A DNA stretch of 9,027 nucleotides, taken from Candidatus Woesearchaeota archaeon (GTDB lineage: Archaea > Nanobdellota > Nanobdellia > Pacearchaeales > GW2011-AR1). The stretch is from NCBI GenBank assembly GCA_964497435.1, contig CAZCCD010000004.1, forward strand, positions 23,599 to 32,625, read 5' to 3'. The first letter of the stretch is position 1; each line of letters begins with the position of its first letter. Below are positions 5,690-9,027 of this stretch, one piece after another. A model generated the notes under the pieces. It made no database searches, was not told the origin of the DNA, and was given only the letters and a program-made list of their open reading frames with translations. The translations under genes and the position numbers were made by a program.

Positions 5690-6154
5690 TTAAAAAGTTT
5701 TGTCTATGTCTTTCGTCATCCATGTTGGCATGCCTAAAACTAAGCCAAGGGCCTTTAAATCATAAACGTCTTTTCTTGACGCTATAAAAACCATCTTGAG
5801 CTTATTTTTTTTGCATAGTTTTATATTCTGGGTTATTCTTGAAAGAATCTCTGCTTTTTTATTTTCTTTTGAATTTAGTAATTCATCCAACCAAATTCCT
5901 ATGACAACATTGTTCTTTTTGGCTAGCTTTGCCATCACAGAATCTAATCCAGAATTTCTTTGCTTTTGATAGTCTTTTCTGTGAAATAATATAGGCATGA
6001 AAATATCAACTTTCTCTTTCTCAAGAATTTTTTTATTAAGCTCATCATCAGCTCCTGTAAATCCAATTAACTTTTCTGGATTTCTTTGTCTCATAATTTT
6101 TAAATCTTTTCTTGCCTTATCAAAATTGTCTACTTGTATTATTACATGTTTCAT
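5690..6154 (-). CDS. rnp3: RNase P protein component 3 (Rpp30 family), unusually short
   Basis: GLDSVMAKLAKKNNVVIGIWLDELL...MVFIASRKDVYDLKALGLVLGM aligns by eye with my recollection of Pyrococcus Rpp30 ([21 protein letters not shown]...FLTSSAQ...RDLISLGVVIGM). The protein is only 154 aa. Confidence 0.7.
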   Translation of the reverse strand: MKHVIIQVDNFDKARKDLKIMRQRNPEKLIGFTGADDELNKKILEKEKVDIFMPILFHRKDYQKQRNSGLDSVMAKLAKKNNVVIGIWLDELLNSKENKKAEILSRITQNIKLCKKNKLKMVFIASRKDVYDLKALGLVLGMPTWMTKDIDKTF

Positions 6155-6174
6155 AAAATTAAAAGAAAACTTGA

Positions 6175-6184
6175 GTTTATATTT
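6175..6184 (-). promoter_or_regulatory. Putative internal TATA box for rnp3-pheS-HIT-pheT
   Basis: An AT-only box (gtttatattt on +) is centred about 26 nt upstream of the rnp3 ATG (6154), in the 30-nt gap after pyrH. The spacing matches the other putative leaderless promoters in this window. Confidence 0.3.
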
Positions 6185-6874
6185 TTACCCATTAATAATT
6201 GTGCCTATAAATTTTTTTCCGTCCAGAAAATTATCTAGCTGTCTTAAATCTTTTCCTATTATATATGTAGATATTTTATGTTTTTTTATTATTTTAGAAG
6301 CACTTTGGTCTAAAACAAAATGTTGGCCAGGATAATATGAAAGTTTTGAAGCCATTTTATCAAAGTCCTCCCAACTAATTTTTGGTATTAGCTTTGCATC
6401 TTTATGCTTCTTTGGGTTTTTGTTAAATAAACCTTTAACATCTGTAAGATTTATGAAAGGGGATTTAAAGTAAGAAGCTATTTCTGCTGCAGTGCCATCA
6501 GAAGTCATGTTTGGATTGTATTCTAATGCTCCACAGAAAATAATATCTCTTTTTGTTGAGGCTTTTTCAACGGATTTGAGAGAGTTATGGACTTTTTCTT
6601 TTTGTTTTTTTTCAAAAAAGTAACTCATAAATTTTGAATTAAGTTTTATTGCTTCCATTCCTATGAGGCTCTGGAGTTTTTTATCGGCTCCGATAATTCT
6701 TAGGCCATTGATGTATTTTCTAGCTGTAGAACCTCCTCCACAGACTATTATGAATTTATATTTATTTTTCTTTGATAATAAAACTTTTTTTAATTCTTTA
6801 AGATATTTTACATCAATGTCATCAGGAATTATTAAACTCCCTCCAAGACTTAAGACTATCACTTTCTTTTTCAT
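6185..6874 (-). CDS. pyrH: Uridylate (UMP) kinase, archaeal type (amino-acid kinase fold)
   Basis: Four segments match archaeal PyrH blocks as I recall them: LSLGGSLIIPDDIDVKYLKEL, IIVCGGGSTARKYI, DVKGLFNKNPKKHKDAKLI and VLDQSASKIIKKHKISTYIIGK. The length (229 aa) fits. Confidence 0.8.
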   Translation of the reverse strand: MKKKVIVLSLGGSLIIPDDIDVKYLKELKKVLLSKKNKYKFIIVCGGGSTARKYINGLRIIGADKKLQSLIGMEAIKLNSKFMSYFFEKKQKEKVHNSLKSVEKASTKRDIIFCGALEYNPNMTSDGTAAEIASYFKSPFINLTDVKGLFNKNPKKHKDAKLIPKISWEDFDKMASKLSYYPGQHFVLDQSASKIIKKHKISTYIIGKDLRQLDNFLDGKKFIGTIING

Positions 6875-6895
6875 TTAATTAAAAAAATATTTTTG

Positions 6896-6904
6896 TATTT
6901 AAAA
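6896..6904 (-). promoter_or_regulatory. TATA box for pyrH (leaderless)
   Basis: The minus strand reads TTTTAAATA, centred about 26 nt upstream of the pyrH ATG (6874), within the 180-nt AT-rich intergenic region 6875-7054. Confidence 0.4.
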
Positions 6905-7054
6905 GTATCTAAATTGTTAATTCCAATCTATAAATTAACTTAATCGATAAGTTCGTTATTAATTATTTTAAAATTTATTAGTCTATTATTAATATAAACA
7001 CCAAATATGATCTACCTTATATAATTATTTCTTTTTTTATAAATATTCAAGTAG

Positions 7055-7336
7055 TTATTTAACAGTAAAAAGCTTATTGTCTTTCACATTGAAAATTCCA
7101 AGTCTTGCTCCTGAATCAAGCCAACCATGAGCATAATTTATTGCTGCGAAGGCTGTAACAATCTCTTCTTTTTTTTCAAAATGTTTTGCATCGTTTAAAT
7201 AATTAGAAACCATGTCAGTTATTTCTTTGGCTTCCTCTTCCTTTCCTTTTATTATATTTTTTTTAGCAATTCCAAGAGCTTTTTCAGTTAATTTAAAATA
7301 TTTCTCGAGTTTTTGTTTTGTAATTTTATTTTGCAT
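7055..7336 (-). CDS. Small archaeal helical protein, DUF357-like
   Basis: 93-aa ORF. Its length and the C-terminal motif AAINYAHGWLDSGARLG match my recollection of the archaea-specific DUF357 family (<100 aa, Y-A-x-G-W-L-D-x-G). The start is 7 nt after the stop of the upstream gene. Confidence 0.7.
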   Translation of the reverse strand: MQNKITKQKLEKYFKLTEKALGIAKKNIIKGKEEEAKEITDMVSNYLNDAKHFEKKEEIVTAFAAINYAHGWLDSGARLGIFNVKDNKLFTVK

Positions 7337-7343
7337 CTTAGAA

Positions 7344-8165
7344 TTAGAAATAAGGTAGGGGTCTTCCAGGAGGCATTCCTGGCCTCATTATTCCTGGAAC
7401 TATTTGCGGTTCCATTTTTCTTATTATGAATTTAGAACCTACAATATCCGAGATTATCGCTGATAAAATAAGTTTTCCTACAGCAATTTTATAAATTCCT
7501 TCATGAAGAGGTATTTTTGAAGCTTGAGAAAAAGATTCGAGAACAGAATTCAACTCTTCTTTTGTGAGAGTTATGTTTGTTGGCTTTACACCCATATTTC
7601 CCTTTACAACTATCTTCTCATCTTGCCCGTTGCATTCTATTATTTTTACTGCAGGATCATTTACAACAGCATTTAACTTTCCAAGGTCAATTTGTGTATT
7701 AGTTGGAATTGGTTTTATATATTGCACTGTTGGAGGCAGAGGAAACTCTGGGATTATTAATGGTTTATAATGCCTTGGAGGTATTTGCCTTGGCATTTGC
7801 TGAACAGGAGCAGCGTTTTTTCCTACAGAAACTGGTTTTTTTGATGCTAAGGCTTCTTTTTTTTGAGGTTTTTTAAATAATAAGGGTGGAGGCAAGCCAA
7901 TATCTATATAGTTGCGATAAAAAGGCTCTTTGTGCATCATACTTAATATGAATTCATCTTCTTTTTTTTGTTTTTTATTCTCCAGTATTTTTTTAGCTGC
8001 TTCTTTTTTTATTTCGCTTTTTCTTATATGATGATCAAGTACAAAGAAGCCTTCTTTTGAATTTTCTATTAATGCTTTTGTGAATTTTAAAAGAAATAAA
8101 ATCCTAAATTCTTGGCTAGTGTCTTCAAGCCATTTAAAAGGTTCTTCTAAGGAAATATTCTCCAT
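7344..8165 (-). CDS. Hypothetical protein: N-terminal helical region, Pro-rich linker, then a domain resembling the N-terminal domain of archaeal FlaI/PilB-type (type II/IV secretion) ATPases; no ATPase domain
   Basis: Residues ~159-251 are IDLGKLNAVVNDPAVKIIECNGQDEKIVVKGNMGVKPTNITLTKEELNSVLESFSQASKIPLHEGIYKIAVGKLILSAIISDIVGSKFIIRKM. They follow the pattern LG.L..l..DP.V..I..NG......V......T.i.f..eEL...i.......i....P......L.dGsR......GssftIRKf of secretion-ATPase NTDs. The ORF ends 22 aa after IRK with a Pro-rich tail, and no Walker A is present. Confidence 0.75.
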   Translation of the reverse strand: MENISLEEPFKWLEDTSQEFRILFLLKFTKALIENSKEGFFVLDHHIRKSEIKKEAAKKILENKKQKKEDEFILSMMHKEPFYRNYIDIGLPPPLLFKKPQKKEALASKKPVSVGKNAAPVQQMPRQIPPRHYKPLIIPEFPLPPTVQYIKPIPTNTQIDLGKLNAVVNDPAVKIIECNGQDEKIVVKGNMGVKPTNITLTKEELNSVLESFSQASKIPLHEGIYKIAVGKLILSAIISDIVGSKFIIRKMEPQIVPGIMRPGMPPGRPLPYF

Positions 8166-8167
8166 TT

Positions 8168-8923
8168 TTATTCAGGATATTCAAAACTTGGCTTAGGTGG
8201 ATTAAAAGGGCTTGGTTCAGGAGACTCGCTTTCAGGAGTTATTTCTTGAGTCAGTGGTCTTTGCACAGGAGCGGGCGGAAGAGGCATTGAGAAAGCCATT
8301 TGTTGATTTGGAGGCATAACATAATTTATTTGAGGGGGAGTATAATCTCTTGGAATTCTTTCATGCATTAACGCCATTCCTCTTGCAAGAGTCTTATTTT
8401 GATCGAGTAGGTTATCGAGCCTTTCTACCATCTCTTTATTATCTCTTTCTACTTCAAATTCTTTTTCAGCAAGTGCTTTTGCAGAAATTTCAAATAATTC
8501 AAGGAGTTTTGATATTTTTGTTGTTAAATCATCAAGTTTAACTGATAGATTTGTCATCACTTTTTGAAGAGAGACAAAATTTTCAATTAACAGTCTGTCA
8601 ACCTCTAGATTTTTTTGAACAGCTGGCTGAGTGGAAGGTTGAGGAGTTAATTGTTGATATTTTTGTCTGGGGGCATAACGCCCTCTTCTAACAATTTTCC
8701 TTTTATGACGAGTTCTTTTTCTAGGTCGCATAGACATGGGCATTGGGGGCATATTTATTGTTATTGGGGGAGCTCTCTGAATCCCTGTTCTTCTCATAAC
8801 TATTTTTTTTACTATTCTCTTATTATGTATTTTTCTTTTATGGTGCCTTGGGCGGATTTTTTTATAACGTCTTTTAATTGCTTTTCTTTTATGTCCTTTT
8901 TTATGATGCCTCTTCTTTTTCAT
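8168..8923 (-). CDS. Hypothetical tripartite protein: polybasic N-terminal region, central coiled coil, Pro-rich C-terminal tail
   Basis: 251-aa ORF. Of the first 50 residues, 32 are K/R/H, and there is no D/E in residues 1-106. Residues ~107-190 are heptad-like and charged (LIENFVSLQKVMTNLSVKLDDLTTKISKLLELFEISAKALAEKEFEVERDNKEMVERLDNLLDQNK). The tail is P-rich. The stop lies 2 nt from the next gene's ATG. Confidence 0.7.
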   Translation of the reverse strand: MKKKRHHKKGHKRKAIKRRYKKIRPRHHKRKIHNKRIVKKIVMRRTGIQRAPPITINMPPMPMSMRPRKRTRHKRKIVRRGRYAPRQKYQQLTPQPSTQPAVQKNLEVDRLLIENFVSLQKVMTNLSVKLDDLTTKISKLLELFEISAKALAEKEFEVERDNKEMVERLDNLLDQNKTLARGMALMHERIPRDYTPPQINYVMPPNQQMAFSMPLPPAPVQRPLTQEITPESESPEPSPFNPPKPSFEYPE

Positions 8924-9027
8924 TTTTTTAAAAATTGAAACCTCTTTTTCATAACTAATTAAAGGTTTTGCTATTTATAAGTTTTCCTCTTAATGTGAAG
9001 CATGAAAGTATTTTTATACCATAAAGT

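Noticed and set aside
7337-7412. Split or frameshifted secretion ATPase, with a Walker A domain encoded downstream of the FlaI-NTD-like ORF
   Set aside because: After IRK only a 22-aa Pro-rich tail follows before TAA. DUF357 starts 7 nt later on the same strand. No G..G.GKT/S motif appears in any frame of the downstream sequence.
1241-8938. Thirteen additional ORFs in the six-frame track: 1241..1456+, 2695..2892+, 2940..3248+, 3391..3573+, 3935..4180+, 4071..4277+, 4812..5024-, 4952..5611+ (219 aa), 5997..6335+, 6663..6878+, 7564..7770+, 8350..8541+ and 8651..8938+
   Set aside because: Each lies fully or almost fully within, and antisense to or out of frame with, a longer gene that has clear family motifs. 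Most of their translations are F/L/I/S-rich low-complexity strings, as expected from reading AT-rich coding DNA in the wrong frame, and none shows a recognisable motif.
8972-9027. Possible plus-strand gene start at 9002 (MKVFLYHK...) with TATA-like tatttataag at 8972-8981, about 26 nt upstream
   Set aside because: The spacing is attractive, but only 8 codons lie within the window. It is noted here rather than called as a feature.

Overview
Strongly AT-rich archaeal DNA, judged from the protein families: two-subunit archaeal PheRS, an RNase P Rpp30-type subunit, archaeal-type UMP kinase and a DUF357 protein. TATA-like boxes sit about 26 nt upstream of several ATGs, which suggests leaderless transcripts. 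Small proteins and tight gene packing fit a reduced-genome (DPANN-like) archaeon, but that is inference only. Layout from left to right: (i) 1-395, a non-coding stretch that is unusually G-rich on the + strand, built from short modules punctuated by TAAAAT, plus a 25-codon hydrophobic micro-ORF; (ii) a small two-TM membrane protein gene (+); (iii) tRNA-like debris or a possible tRNA half; (iv) a free-standing HTH + double-motif LAGLIDADG homing endonuclease (+) whose last 5 codons and stop lie inside an intact tRNA-Thr(GGU) gene; (v) a minus-strand housekeeping block pyrH - rnp3 - pheS - HIT - pheT, with the HIT gene 1 nt from each PheRS subunit gene; (vi) a minus-strand three-gene cluster made of a polybasic/coiled-coil/Pro-rich protein, a protein that looks like the N-terminal domain of an archaeal FlaI/PilB-type secretion ATPase with no ATPase domain, and DUF357. 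The best candidates for new biology are cluster (vi), the HEG/tRNA junction with its flanking tRNA-like half, the pheS-HIT-pheT coupling with a non-canonical HIT motif, and the G-rich module array. All protein assignments come from reading motifs by eye and recalling family consensus sequences. No database search was run.
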